Part shown: positions 26,930 to 40,490 of the stretch, piece by piece
Position numbering within the stretch: position 1 is the stretch's first letter
Layout of the letters: each line of letters opens with the position of its first letter
From: Eledone cirrhosa
Lineage: Eukaryota
Assembly: GCA_964016885.1 (NCBI GenBank)
Contig: OZ024744.1
Location: 73,098,001-73,162,000 of the forward strand
Direction of reading: 5' to 3'
DNA length: 64,000 nucleotides
The notes under the pieces: model-generated
What the model was told of the DNA's origin: nothing
Seen by the model: only the letters and a program-made list of their open reading frames with translations
The model's database searches: none
Position numbers and translations under genes: made by a program

Positions 26930-27540
26930 TGTTCATAGTGTTGGGTGTAATTGTGTAGAGTGTGTAATGTTGGTTGCGTTATTTTGATGAGTGTGTTTAT
27001 GTAGAGTATATTTATTGCGAGTTGTGTTATTTTGTTAGGTGTGTTTATGTAGAGTGTGTGTAATGTTGGTTGGGTGTGTTTATGTAGAATGTGTGTAATG
27101 TTGGTTGTGTTATTTTGTTGGGTGTGTTTATGTAGAGTGTGTGTAATGTTGGTTGTGTTATTTTGTTGGGTGTGTTTATGTAGAGTGTGTGTAATGTTGG
27201 TTAGGTGTGTTTATGTAGAATGTGTGTAATGTTGGTTGTGTTATTTTGTTGGTAGTGTTTGTGTAAAGTGTGTGTGATGTGAGCTGTATTATTTTGTTGC
27301 ATTTTAATTGTGTAGAGTATGTGTAATGTAAGTTGTTATATTGTAGGGTGTGATTGTGTAAAACACGTCTTCCTTTTGCTGTTCTGTGGGGAATATAATT
27401 GTTTATCCCCCAACTCATCCCTAATTGAAGAAAGATTTGGAAGCTATTTCAGTGTTAAAGTATTGTGTGTCAATTATGTAAAACTGTATTGTGTTATTTA
27501 TTGGGGTGTTGATTGTGTTTTGTATGCATTTGGAGGTGAG
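26930..27540. repeat. GT-rich minisatellite (variable unit, roughly 33-50 bp)
   Basis: Repeated GGGTGTGTTTATGTAGAGTGTGTGTAATGTTGGTTGTGTTATTTTGTT-type units. Confidence 0.85.
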
Positions 27541-27762
27541 TTGAAATAGTATTGTGTTAGATAGGTAACTTTTGGACTACATTTGTACAATTTTTATGTT
27601 TTATTTATCTTCTTCATTTTGATACCCAATGCTCCAGTTATTACTGATACTGCATTTCTTGCCATGCCTTAAATCCTAACATCTTTCAGAATTGAGATCC
27701 TTATACTTTGAAGTTTTTTCAACTTCCTTCCAAGTGATGTTTTGGTCCGATAGGATTAAAAT

Positions 27763-27933
27763 TACCGTATTTCCCAGTGCCAAAGACACTTTGTCCTCGA
27801 GGACACACCCTAATTTTGACAAGCAAAAATTTGAAAAAAATAATAAACAACCTTTGGCCTCCAGGATGTATGGTAGATTTTTGAGACTTATTTTAGGAAA
27901 AAAGTAGCGTCTTTGACGCCAAGAAATACGGTA
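27763..27933. mobile_element. Tc1/mariner-superfamily (pogo-like) MITE
   Basis: Termini TACCGTATTTC...GAAATACGGTA with imperfect inner TIR (GCCAAAGACAC / GCGTCTTTGAC). Confidence 0.65.
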
Positions 27934-28097
27934 TATATGAAAGTTCAGCAATACTCTTTTTGAGAAATTGTATATTTTGACAATTCTTTTTGACATTCTT
28001 GACATCTTCATCATTCACCATTTACCATTATTCTTATTGTTGTTGTCGATGCTGTTACTTATCATCATGTTTTTTTTCTTTCTTATTTTTCTTTAAG

Positions 28098-28275
28098 ATT
28101 CATGGAGAACTTGCAGACAGAAGTTATTCAGTTAGAATTTACTGATTTCTCCAAGGGTATGCAAAGAATATCCGAGGAAGATTTTGCCCGAATTCTGTTG
28201 CGTTACACAGTCCTAGAGAAAAATGAAGTTGAAGAGTGTATTCGGCGTGTCAGAGAACGGATGCCCGAAGAGAAG
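28098..28275 (+). CDS. MICU3: MICU2/MICU3-family mitochondrial calcium uptake protein, internal coding exon (first one visible in the window)
   Basis: Pyrimidine tract + AG (28096-97) and GT donor (28276). Translates (R)FMENLQTEVIQLEFTDFSKGMQRISEEDFARILLRYTVLEKNEVEECIRRVRERMPEEK, matching the MICU3-type FMDNLQTEVLEIEF...ISEEDFAHILLRYT segment as I recall it. Confidence 0.93.
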
Positions 28276-28729
28276 GTTTGTAGTTTACTATAACCATTTA
28301 AAAACAAATCACATATGCATGTATATATATACATCAATGTATGTATATACATCAATGTATGTATATACATCAATGTATACACATACTAGCTAGAATAAGA
28401 ACAGGGTAGAAAATGCACAACAAACTTTTTCTATTGGCAACAGAGGGACTCTCTCACTCTAGTTCTTTCTCTCTCTCCCTTCTCTCTCTCTCTCGCTTCC
28501 CCCCTCTCACTTCCCCCTCTCTCGCTTCCCCCCTCTCTCGCTTCCCCCCTCTCTCGCTTCCCCCTCTTTCTTTCCCCCATCTCTCTTTCCCCTCTCTCTG
28601 TTCCCTCTCTCTGTTCCCTCTCTCCCTCCCCTCTCTCTTCTCTCTCTCTTCCTCCCCTCTCTCTTCCCTTTTCCTTTCCCCCTCTTTCTCTCTCTCTTCC
28701 TTCGCTCTCCCCCTCTCTCTTTCAGCAAA

Positions 28730-29195
28730 TGGTTGTATGGTTGTCTTTATGAGAAGTGCAATGTTACATGTTAATGAGACATGGCTAGTAGATACAGAGG
28801 ATATGCAAAGGCTAGAGAGAAATAAATCAAGCCTGTTCTACTGGATGTGTAATATTAGCGTGCATGAACAATAAAGCACAGTTGAGGTGAGAGAAAACCT
28901 GGGCATAAGAGGAATCAGATATAGAGTGTTGGATAGAAGGTTGCATTGGGATGAACATGTAATGTGCATGGATGATAATCATTCGATGAAGAAGTGCCTA
29001 GAGTTTCAAGTAAAAGAAAGCTATTAAAGAGGAAGACCAAAAAAGACATGGATAGAGATGATGAAGGCTGGTCTTAAGAAACTTAGTCTGGTAAAGAAAA
29101 GAAACTAATGGAGAGAAGCTGTGCTGGAAAGGGACTAATCTAGCACTTGCAAGCATAGAAACACAGATATAAAAGGATGATAGTGATGACTATGA
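28730..29195 (+). mobile_element. degenerate RTE 3' fragment, preceded by a CT-rich tract (28450-28720)
   Basis: RSAMLHVNETW...MQRLERN...WMCNI, then remnants of LHW.GHV and GRPKKTW. Confidence 0.8.
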
Positions 29196-29221
29196 TGACA
29201 TATATATATATATATATATAT

Positions 29222-29570
29222 ATGGTGGCTGCCAACTCGTTTTCGAGTACGGCCACTACTTTACATCCATGTAGGATAACCCCTACCGAAGCGCTGAACG
29301 AGTGTGACTTTTTAGTCCAGCCAGCGACTTGAAACCTCTGGTACAAACACTACACCTGTGACAACTATTGACACATAGTGCTAGGCCCATGGTAGGACAA
29401 CTATTGACACATAGTGCTGGGCCCATGTGAGGACAAGTGCAGAGAGATCTCCAGATATAAAGCAATGCCTGTGCCGTGAAGCTTTTATAGTGAGCAAAGG
29501 CACTGCACAAAGCCAGTCCCACTCTCTTAACCAAGATGCTATTTACCAAAAAGAAGAACAAGTCAACATC
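29222..29570 (-). mobile_element. segment B of the RTE-derived repeat found at 37.2-39.1 kb
   Basis: Near-identical to 37598-37919; encodes the C2H2-like CSVCTRGFKSLAGLKSHTR; contains a short internal tandem duplication. Confidence 0.8.
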
Positions 29571-30133
29571 ATATATATATATATATATATACACTCATAC
29601 ACTTACATGCACACTCGTACATAAGAATCTCTGCTTTTTATGATAGCTGTCCTATATCGTTAGTACAATTTCTGCTGTATCTCCTGAAATTCAAGTAATA
29701 TTCACCACCAAGGGGTGGATTTACAATGCTGTGTGAGAAGCTATGATCCACTGGCTGTGTGGTGTGACCACTGAGGATGATGTTAGTTCAACTGAGCTCT
29801 TGAAAAGTGTGCTGGAGTGCTGAACTACAACACCGAGGATGTGCTTCACACAAGATGCATGCACTGGTAGGGCCATGTCAAATGCAGTGAGGGCTAGATC
29901 AGCAAAGTAGAGGCAGTAGAAGCCCAAGAAGACCAAAAAGGACTTCAGTGGAGGATGTCTGTTGGGATCAAGCTAGGCTTGACAGAAACCCATGCAGCAG
30001 GACACTAAGAAGCGCTGTCAGGCAGGACCCACCTCTACTTAGAGATTAATTGTGTCCTGCATAATCAATAACTGGATGAAGATGATGATGATGATTACAC
30101 AGATACATTATTTTTTTTTTTGTTTCTTTACAG

Positions 30134-30242
30134 GGAATAACTTTTGAAGAATTTAAAAGCTTTTGTCAATTTTTGAATAATCTTGATGACTTCCAAATTT
30201 CAATGAGAATGTACACTTTTGCTGAACAGTCAGTATCTCAAG
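30134..30242 (+). CDS. MICU3: MICU3-like coding exon (EF-hand 3 region)
   Basis: tttacag|GGA...CAAG|gtaaga; 109 nt; phase 0 start fits the previous exon. Translates GITFEEFKSFCQFLNNLDDFQISMRMYTFAEQSVSQ. Confidence 0.95.
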
Positions 30243-33169
30243 GTAAGAAGAATAAAATGTTTTTATATTGCCTTTGTATCTATATATTACCCAATTACAC
30301 CTCTCAAAGGCGATGACACACGACCGTGACCTCTGGCGTCACGCAGTAATACAGAGTACCCGACCTCCCATGGGTACAAGCTGAAGCATATAGGCGATAT
30401 GCCCCCACACCCTCCCACTGCAAGGTGGCCATGGAGGTGCCACGGCAAAAAAAGCACCCAGCCCACACTGTAAAGTGGACGTGTAGGTGCCACGGAAAAA
30501 GCACCCAGCACTCACTGTAAATGAGGTTGGTGTTAGGAAGGGCATCCTGCTGTAGAAATCAAGCCAGATCAGTTCCTGTATGAGCAAGGCATGGTCAGCC
30601 GACCAGACACTGCCCACAACAGGACAACCCGCCTAACCCATGCTAGCATAGAAGAACGGACATAAAACGGTGATGATGATGATGATATATATATTTTTTT
30701 TTTATATATTTTTTATTCTTGAAATTATTCACTTAACCCTTTAGCATTTTAACTGGCCATATCCAACCAGAATTCTCTCACCCCTTTCTGTTCAAACCGG
30801 CTGTAACCGTGTGCTCATACATATGCTTAGGTATTGTTCAAAATAAATAATATCAAAATCTCGTAGATTTGATATTTTGTAAGATAATTATGTGAGGTGA
30901 AGTGTTTACTATGAAAATACAATAGTAAATATAGAGTAATGTAAATGCTAAAGGATTAAATAACTAGATTTCAATTCTCAGTATGAATATATAAACACAA
31001 ATATAAACATATATAATAAATACCACACACCAAAATATACAAACAGAGTGAGAGAGAGAAAAAAAAAAGAAGGGAAACAAAAATGACCATCAATTTACCA
31101 CCAAATGTGGCAATCAGCTGCACATTTGTTTCAAAACAGTTGGACATAGCCATTGCAAATTGCCAGAAAGGAATTGCATATGAGTCAGTGTGCTGCATTA
31201 AAAATACAAAACTTTTCTAAATATCTTGGAATTTCCTGACTCACCTAAAAAATCTGGGGTGTACCTGTAGACAGTATGTAACATATAGGTGAAGGTGCAT
31301 GGCTTAGTGGTTAGAGCATTGGGCTTGCAATCGAAAGGTTGTGAGTTCAATTCTCGGACCGGGTGATGTGTTGTTTCCTTGAGCAAGACACTTTATTTCA
31401 CATTGCTCCAGTTTACTCAGCTGTAGAAATGAGATGATACGACTGGAGTCCCTAGCATTCCACTGTAGAGTGGTCGTGGAGGTGCCATACCAAAAAAGCA
31501 CCCAGCCCACACTGTAAAGTGGACGTGTAGGCGCCACGGAAAAAAAAGCACCCACCACTCACTGTAAATGAAGTTGGTGTTAGGAAGGACATCCACCTGT
31601 AGAAATCAAGCCAGAATCAGTTCCCGTATGAGCAAGACAAGGTCCCCGACCAGACACTCCCCACAACAAGACAACCCGTCTAACCCATGCTAGTGTGGAA
31701 GAACGGACGTAAAACAGTGATGATGATGATACATATTCCATATCGCAGTGGTTGAAAATGTATGTTTCAATTGTAAGACATTTGGCATTTGGATCATCAT
31801 TATTGTTTACCCATGCTGGCGTGGAAAATGGACGTTAAACGAAGATGATGATGATGATGTCCAATTTTCTATGCTGGCATGAGTTGGACAGGTTTTTTGA
31901 GATAATGAGTTACAACCAAATGCCCTTTCTGACACCAACACTTATAGTTGCTTCTTATAACACACAGGGATATGTTGTACCTATTCTAGACCAGATACAT
32001 GTGTCATGTTTAGCAGCATTGGGCTTCCATCTTTTAATTCTTTTCTGAACTGAAATATTTCATGTTATATGTAAGAGATGTGAAGGTGGTGGTAGTGGTG
32101 CTTGCAGTAACAGTGGTTGTTGTTTAACCCTAAATCAACCTTAATCTAGCAAACCTACAATCAAAAGCATTCTATATGTGAACATACCATATTTTTAGAA
32201 ATACCAAGAATTGTATAATCTTATTTGTCGTTCACATTAAAAAAGAAAAAAGAAACAGGCAAAATTGTTATTTGAGAAAAATTTAGCTCCTATTTCTAGC
32301 AAGTTGGGTAGCTATATAATAACTCCCTTGTTGCCCTATGAGATTGATAACTTAATTAATAGAGTGAAGGATATAATCAAGACCATCAAGAAGGGCAAAC
32401 ATAAAGGGGTTGGCTAGGTCTCTTGTCTCAGAGACAACAGGTGGACTATTAGAGTGACAAAGTCGATACCGAGGCAGTGGAGGAGAACAAGTAGGCGACC
32501 AAAAGCGAGATGCCCAGTATGGCCAGAGATAGGAAGCAGTGGAGGTCAACCAGAGGGTGTTCCTCCAACAGGATTGAGAAGGCCTTTGATTTGCATTTGG
32601 AATATAATACAAAACTCTTTACTTTAAAATCTTTTACACTTATCTATCCTTTCATAATAACTTTATTTTAGAATTTTTTTCTAAATATCAGGTTATTAAT
32701 GAAAGAGTGAGTGAGTTATTTTATTAAATTCCTCAGAATATTTGATTATTTTCCAGAAATAATTGGAGCACATAGGCAATCTATTTCATTAGAAATACAT
32801 TAAGGAAAGAGTTAAATGAATACATGCAAAATGCAGCTGTCTGATGAGATGTAATAAATAGTTTGTTACCAAATTTATCTAACTAATATTAAGGAGCTAA
32901 CTAAAGAACATCTAGCAGAAATAGTTGTTCAATGTATTAGAAATAGTCACTAAATCTTCCTCAACTCACAGACTACAGTTGTAAAAAAATGATACATTAC
33001 ATAAAGCAGTCCTAGATATAGCCTATGCCTAAATAAGAGATCAAATGGAGACAGCTGATCCTAGGTTTGCTTGATCAGGGCTGACTTTTTTCTCATCCAT
33101 TAATTACGACTTGTCATTGTTTCAAATACACAACATATCCCATTCCACAAACACAGTCTTAAGTGCATA

Positions 33170-35900
33170 TCAGCAGTATCCTAAATAAACCAATAGGGTT
33201 TTAATTATACCAACAGTGTCCTAAATAAATCAACAGTGTCTTAATTATACCAACAGTGTCCTAAATATACCAACTGTGTCTTAAATGCATTAACATTGTC
33301 TTAAATCCATTAACAGTGTCTTAAATCCATTAACAGTGTCTTAAATCCACCAACAGTGTCTTGAATCTAATAACTGTGTCATAATTCAATCAGTGGTGTC
33401 ATAAACCTGTCACCAGTGTCCTAAATCCACCAAGAAGTCCTAAAAGTCTCAAGTGAGTCATAAATCGACCAGGTGTCCTTAATCAAAAGCGTCCAAATTC
33501 CATCAACAGTGTTATAAATCGAACAATATTGTCATAAATTCCTCAGAAGTGTCCTAAATGCATCAACAGTCTCTGAAATCTATCAGTAATGTCCTAAATC
33601 TATCAACATTGTTCTAGATACATCAACAACAGTCCAAATTTATCAGCCATAATTTAATAAATCAACAAAGTCCTAAATCCATCAGCAGTGCCCTAAATCA
33701 ATCACCTGTGCCCTAATTGTATCAATAGTATCCTAATTCTATCATTACTGTCCTAATTCTATCAACATTGTCCTAAATCTGACAACAGAGACCTAAATAT
33801 GCCCTAATTCTATCAAAAGTCTCCTAAATCCATCAGCAGTGCCCCCTAATTCTATCACCACTGTCCTAATTCTGACAACAAAGCCCTAAATCCCTAAACA
33901 GTGACCCCTAAATTTATCACCACTGTCCTAATTCTACCAACAAAGTCCTAAATCCCCCAACTGTGCCCTAAATATATCAGCAGTGCCCTAATTATATCAA
34001 CAGTCTGTCTCACTCATTTAGAACTGTTTCTGGCTAGATTTCAACAGTTGGATGCCCTTCCTAATGCCAACCACATTTACAGTGAGGACTGGGTGCTTTT
34101 TGTCATGACACCTACACAATGGATGTCTTAAATCCAGCAACAGTCTCTTAAATGCATTAACAGTGTCCTTATGCAACAGCAGTTTCATAAATCTATCAAT
34201 AGTCTTCGAAATCTATCAGCACTGACCTCAATCTATCAACACTGTTTTAAATCAACCAGCACCCTCTCCAATATCCATCAACAATCTCCCAAATCCAACA
34301 CCTGTGTCCTGGATCTATCAAAAGTTTCTCAATTCAACCAGCAGCATCCTAAATCTATCAAGAATTTCCTAAATCCATCAAGTGTCTTAAATCAATAAAG
34401 TATGTTCCAAATCTACCAATAGTGTCCTAAATACATCAGTAGTGTCCTAAATCTATCAACATTGTCCTAAATCTATTAACAATGTCCTAAATCCATCAGC
34501 AGTGCCATAAATCATCAAAAGTCTAAAGTCTGTCTCAACCCCAGAGGCTCATCAAGCAACTGCATATCCTGGTTTCCATGGTGTGAAGCGACTGAGAGTA
34601 CAAAACTTCCCCCTAGAGAAGACACCAGTCCATCATAGGGTTAAACCCCCAGCTACTGCTGATACTCATTTTTCAGCTGAGTATACTGGGGCAATATGAA
34701 ATGAAGTTCAAGAACACAACACACAAACCAGTTCAGGAATCGAACCCATGACATTATAATTGTGAGTTCAACATCCTTACCCCTAGGCCACACACCTCCA
34801 GATAAATCATCATCATCATCATCATTTTACGTCCGCTTTTCCCTGCTTGCAAGGGTGGGACGGGTCTTATTCAGCACAGCATCTCTCCACTCGTCACGGT
34901 CCTTCGTCATCTCCACCGTGAGCTTCAATGATCTGAGGTCTGTTCTCACCACCTCCGCCCATGTTTTTCGTGGTCTACCTCTACCACGTCTTCCCTCAAC
35001 TGGCATTTCCTGGCACTTCTTCACCCATCGGTCATCCTCCATGCGCATCACATGTCCATACCACTTCAGTCTCTCTCCAGTACACTACAGTCTATCCCTC
35101 TCAGACACAGTTTCTCTCTCAACACATCATCAGTATCATAAATATATCAAGTCTCCTAAATTCATCAGCAATGTCTTAATTCCATTAAATCTTCTGAATA
35201 TATCATCAACGTCCTAATCAAGAGTGTCCTAAATCTAAGAACAATGTTCTAAATATATCGGCACTTTCCTAATTCTATGAACAGCATATCACCAGTGTCC
35301 TAAATCTATCAGCAGTTCCCTAAATCCACCAGCAGTGTCCTAATTGGAGCAAGAGTGTCATAAACCAATCAACAATACCTTACATCCATCAACAGTGTCT
35401 TAATCTAATTAAGTATGTCCAAAGTCAAACAACAGTGTCATAGATTAAGCAATGATGTTCTATATATTTCAATAATGTCATAAATCTATAAATGCTGTCC
35501 TAATTCCATCATGTGTGGTAAACCAACAAGCAAGGTCTTAGACATCAATTAATGGTGTCCTAAATTGCATGATAATATTCTAAACCAACAGTGTCCTATA
35601 TCCACTAACAATGTTTTTATATTTATCACCAATATCATAAATCATCCAACAGTGTCCTAAATCGACCGACATCATCATCATCATCATCATTTAACATCTA
35701 TCTTCCATGTTAGCATGGGTTGGGTGGCTTCATCTCACTTGAGGCAAGATTGGTCGGGAGACCGTGTCTCGCTTGTATAGAACTGCTTCTGACAGGTTTT
35801 CTATGGCTGGATGCCCTTCCTAACACCAACCACATTTACAGTGTCCTAAATCTAACAATAGTGTCCTACATTAACCAACAATCTCCTAAATTTATCATTT
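33170..35900. repeat. degenerate ~20-bp satellite (CAACAGTGTCCTAAATC-type) with TE insertions
   Basis: Dozens of AACAGTGTC(C/T)TAAATC(C/T)A variants, interrupted by a SINE (~34540-34800, -) and an RTE 3' end (34805-35070, -). Confidence 0.85.
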
Positions 35901-37206
35901 TATCCTTTTGTGAATTGATTCTCAGATGGTGACATGTCTGACAGGCAACTCTTGCTGTCTCAGACAGTGCTTCACAAACTGCAGTTATCTTGTTAATCAA
36001 CTGAAAGTATAGAAGTGGTTAAAGCAAACTAGAGAAATTTTAGAAATTGTTGCCACTTTTGGCTGTAAAAAGGTTTTACTCATTCTCTTTACAAAAGGTA
36101 GAGGCTATGAAACATGTTTAAGAGAGGTGTGATGGCCAGTTTTGCCTTCCATCCCTACAAATTTGATAAAGTAAAGTACCAGTCCAGAGTGGTGGAACAA
36201 CAGAAATGTTTGTGTCAAATGTGATGTCTAATGATATTTTTTCTGTTTTTTTTGCATATCTGAGTTCAAACCCCATTGCAACTTACTTAGGTGGTAGACT
36301 TAATCTATCACACAGTTTTGTAGCACCACCTAACCTTTGGGTGTCTTTAGCACAGTCCATTCTGTTGCAAGCATTCAGATCAGGTCACTGGTTCAAGAAT
36401 ACCTTCCTCTTTCAGTGTCGGGGGAAGGGTCATTAAAAGGGTCATGAGAACTGCTGTTCTCTCCCTGACTACTAAACAGTAAAAGAAAGGAATAGATAGA
36501 TATGGTAGTGCTGGATGTGGAAGATCTGTGAAGAGTGGAGAGAATTGAGGGGAAATATTATCTCCTGAGGTGCAGGCCCCTTACCAAGGGTGGGGGGGGG
36601 GGGGAGTCACTGGATGACACTGTGCCCACCCCCACTCTCACTATTTTTCAATGATGTATCCATAAATTAAAAACAAAAAATTCTACTTATTTCAAAACTC
36701 TGTCATAGAATCATTACCAATTAGTTTGTCCTCCCAGAATGTTCTCAAGACCCCTGAACACCAAAGCCTGGAGACAGGCTTGCAGAAATATAAGGTTAAC
36801 TTATATTAAAGGTGCAGCATAAATAATCTAACATCTTAATTAACCATTTTGTTGCTAATATGGTTGGCATTAGGAAGGGCATCCAGCCATAGAAACCAAG
36901 CCAGAAACATGCTATAATGAATTAGATGGGTTGTTTGATTAGAGGAAAGTTGGGTAAGGTGACTGTGTCTTGCTCATATAGAACTGCTTCTGGCTTGGTT
37001 AATATAGCTGGATGCCTTCCTAACGCCAACCATTATTTACAGTGTGGGCTGGGTGCTCTTTGTTGTGACACTCGCATTACCACTTTACAGTGTGAACTGC
37101 ATGATCTTGTGTGATACCTACATAACTTTACAGTGTAAGGGTGGTGTAGTGTTTAAGAGATGATATGTGTGCGTGTGTGTGTATGTATTTATGTATGTAT
37201 ATATAT

Positions 37207-39127
37207 GTCAACATCATTGGATACCATCAGAGTTGCAGGTGTTATATCAGTTTTCCTTCTCCTAGAATTCTGCCTTGATAAAGGCTAAGGGGTCATCTCT
37301 CCCGGTGATTTGGGATGGCCATTGACTCTTAAGAGCTCCTTTGCCCTTTGACAGGTTTTGTTTTTAGTCCTGCAGGATGTCCAAAGTAACCCTCCTCACC
37401 AAGAAACCTTGGTGGGGTTGCCAGTTTAGTCGCCAACGACCCGACCATGAGACAGGTTGTACTGGGATACATGTTACCAGTAGCACCAACTGGTGACCTA
37501 CACATATACATATATACATACATACATACACATATATACATATACATACATACACATATATACATATATACATACATACAGACATATATATATATATATG
37601 GTGGCTGCCAACTCGTTTTCGAGTACGGCCACTACTTTATATCCATGTAGGAGAACCCCTACCGATGCGCTGAACGAGCGTGACTTTTTAGTCCAGCCAG
37701 CGACTTGAAAACTCTGGTACAAACACTACACTTGTGACAATTATTGACACATAGTGCTGGGCCCATGGTACCATGTAACAACAAGTGCAGTGAGATCTCC
37801 AGATATAAAGCAATGCCTGTGCCATGAAGCTTTTATAGTGAGCAAAGGCACTGTACAAAGCCAGTCTCACTCTCTTAACCAAGATGATATTTACCAAAAA
37901 GAAGAACAAGTCAACATCATTGGATACCATCAGGGTTGCAGGTGTTATATCAGAGTTTTCCTTCTCCTAGAATTCTGCCTTGACAAAGGCTAAGGGGTCA
38001 TCTCTCCCGGTGATTTTGGATAGCCATTGACTCTGAAGAGCTCCTTTGCCCTTTGATAGGTTTTGTTTTTAGTCCTGCAGGATGTCCAAAGTCACCCTCC
38101 TCACCAAGAAACCTTGGTAGGGTTGCCAGTTTAGTCGCCAACGACCCGACCATGGGACAGGTTGTACTGGGATACATGTTACCAGTAGCACCAACTGGTG
38201 ACCTGACAATGATGTTGACCTGTTGATGTTGACTTGTTCTTCTTTTTGGTAAATATCATCTTGGTTAAGAGAGTGGGACTGGCTTTGTGCAGTGCCTTTG
38301 CTCACTATAAAAGCTTGACGGCCCAGGTATTGCTTTATATCTGGAGATCTCTCTGCACTTGTCGTCACATGGTACCAAGGGCCCAGCACTATGTGTCAAT
38401 GATTGTCACAGGTGTAGTGTTTGTACCAGAGTTTTCAAGTTGCTGGCTGGACTAAAAAGTCACACTCGTTCATCTCATCGGTAGAGGTTCTCCTACATGG
38501 ATATAAAGTAGTGGCCGTACTCGAAAACGAGTTGGCAGCCACCATGTATGTATCCCAGTACAACCTGTCCCATGGTCGCGTCGTTGGCGACTAAACTGGC
38601 AACCCCACCAAGGTTTCTTGGTGAGGAGGGTGACTTTGGACATCCTACACGACTAAAAACAAAACCTGTCAAAGGGCAAAGGAGCTCTTAAGAGTCAATG
38701 GCTATCCAAAATCACCGGGAGAGATGACCCCTTAGCCTTTGTCAACGCAGAATTCTAGGAGAAGGAAAACTCTGATATAACACCTGCAACTCTGATGGTA
38801 TCCAATGATGTTGACTTGTTCTTCTTTTTGGTAAATATCATCTTGGTTAAGAGAGTGGGACTGGCTTTGTGCAGTGCCTTTGCTCACTATAAAAGCTTCA
38901 CGGCACAGGCATTGCTTTATATCTGGAAATCTCTCTGCACTTGTCGTCACATGGTACCAAGGGCCCAGGACCATGTGTCAATAATTGTCACAGGTGTAGT
39001 GTTTGTACCAGAGTTTTCAAGTCGCTGACTGGACTAAAAAGTTACACTTGTTCAGCGCATCGGTAGGAGTTCTCCTACATGGATATAAAGTAGTGGCCGT
39101 ACTCGAAAACGAATTGGCAGCCACCAT
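37207..39127. repeat. tandem plus inverted array of a ~600-bp bipartite RTE-derived unit
   Basis: A 37207-37498, B 37598-37919, A 37911-38203, then reverse-complement B 38225-38545, A 38548-38815 and B 38807-39127. Confidence 0.9.
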
Positions 39128-40051
39128 ATATATATATATATAAGGCAGTGAATTGGCAGAGTCGTTAAGACATCAGATAGAATACTTGACGGTGTTCATC
39201 CCACCTCATTGCATACTCTGAGTTCAAATCCTGAAGTGGTCAACTTTGTCTTTCATCCTTTCGAGGTCGATAAAAAAAAGTACCAGTCAAGTACTGGGGT
39301 CGATTCTTCCTCTATAGAAAAAATCGGCTGTGTTTAGACCTGGAGGGGGTTGGGCTCCGCCATGTTTAAAAGTGCCCTAGACATGCCTCTACGGTGCCTC
39401 TACGACTCTACAAGGAGTTATGTGATCTTTATCCTTATATATATATATATGGAGGCACATGACTTAGTGGTTAGAGCATTGGCCTTGCAATCGAAAGGTT
39501 GTGAGTTCAATTCTCAGACCGGGTAATGTGTTGTTTCCTTGAGCAAGACACTTTATTTCACATTGCTCCAGTTTACTCAGCTGTAGAAATGAGATGATAG
39601 GGTCTGGGGTCCCTATCATTCCACTGCAAAGTGGTCGTGGAGGTGCCATGGCAAAAAAGTACCCAGCACTCACTGTGAATGAGGTTGGTGTTAGGAAGGG
39701 CATCCAGCTGTAGAAATCAAGCCAGAATCAGTTCCCGTCCCACCCTTGCAAACAGGGAAAAGCGGACGTAAAATGATGATGATGATGATGTGTGTGTGTG
39801 TGTATATATATATACATACACATACACACATATATATATATATAATATATATATTGTCTGAAATTCTAAATTTTAAACTGAAGCTGAGATTTTTGTGGGG
39901 GGGTTATTTTTTCATCTTTTGTATTTAGTGTATGGAAAGTTAGGGAATTTCGTAGTCATTTAATGACCAAATGATTTATTGTACATAAGGGAAAAATGAA
40001 TAATAGAAATTAGAGACCACACAAAAACAGACATACATACGCACACATATA

Positions 40052-40083
<32 letters not shown>

Positions 40084-40235
40084 AATGTGTGTGTATGTGA
40101 ATATATATAAATGCGTGTGTATGTGTGTGTATATAGATATGTGTGTGTATACATGTGAATGAATGTGTGTTTGTGTGTATAGACATATGTATACATATAC
40201 ATAGATTCATACATACACACATATACACATATATG

Positions 40236-40268
<33 letters not shown>

Positions 40269-40413
40269 GTATATGTATGTATATATGTATATATGTATAT
40301 ATATGTATATATATATATGTATATATATATACATATGTATATATATATATGTATATATATGTATATATGTATATATGTATATATATATATGTATATATAT
40401 ATATGTATATATG

Positions 40414-40490
<77 letters not shown>

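Noticed and set aside
1-28097. Upstream MICU exons (for example the DTTLLVHFFG or first EF-hand segments)
   Set aside because: No matching reading frame with splice sites found by eye; probably outside the window, though a microexon could have been missed.
28102-28293. ORF-track protein starting at Met and ending VCSLL*
   Set aside because: It is an internal exon; the ATG is not a start and VCSLL is intron read-through past the GT donor at 28276.
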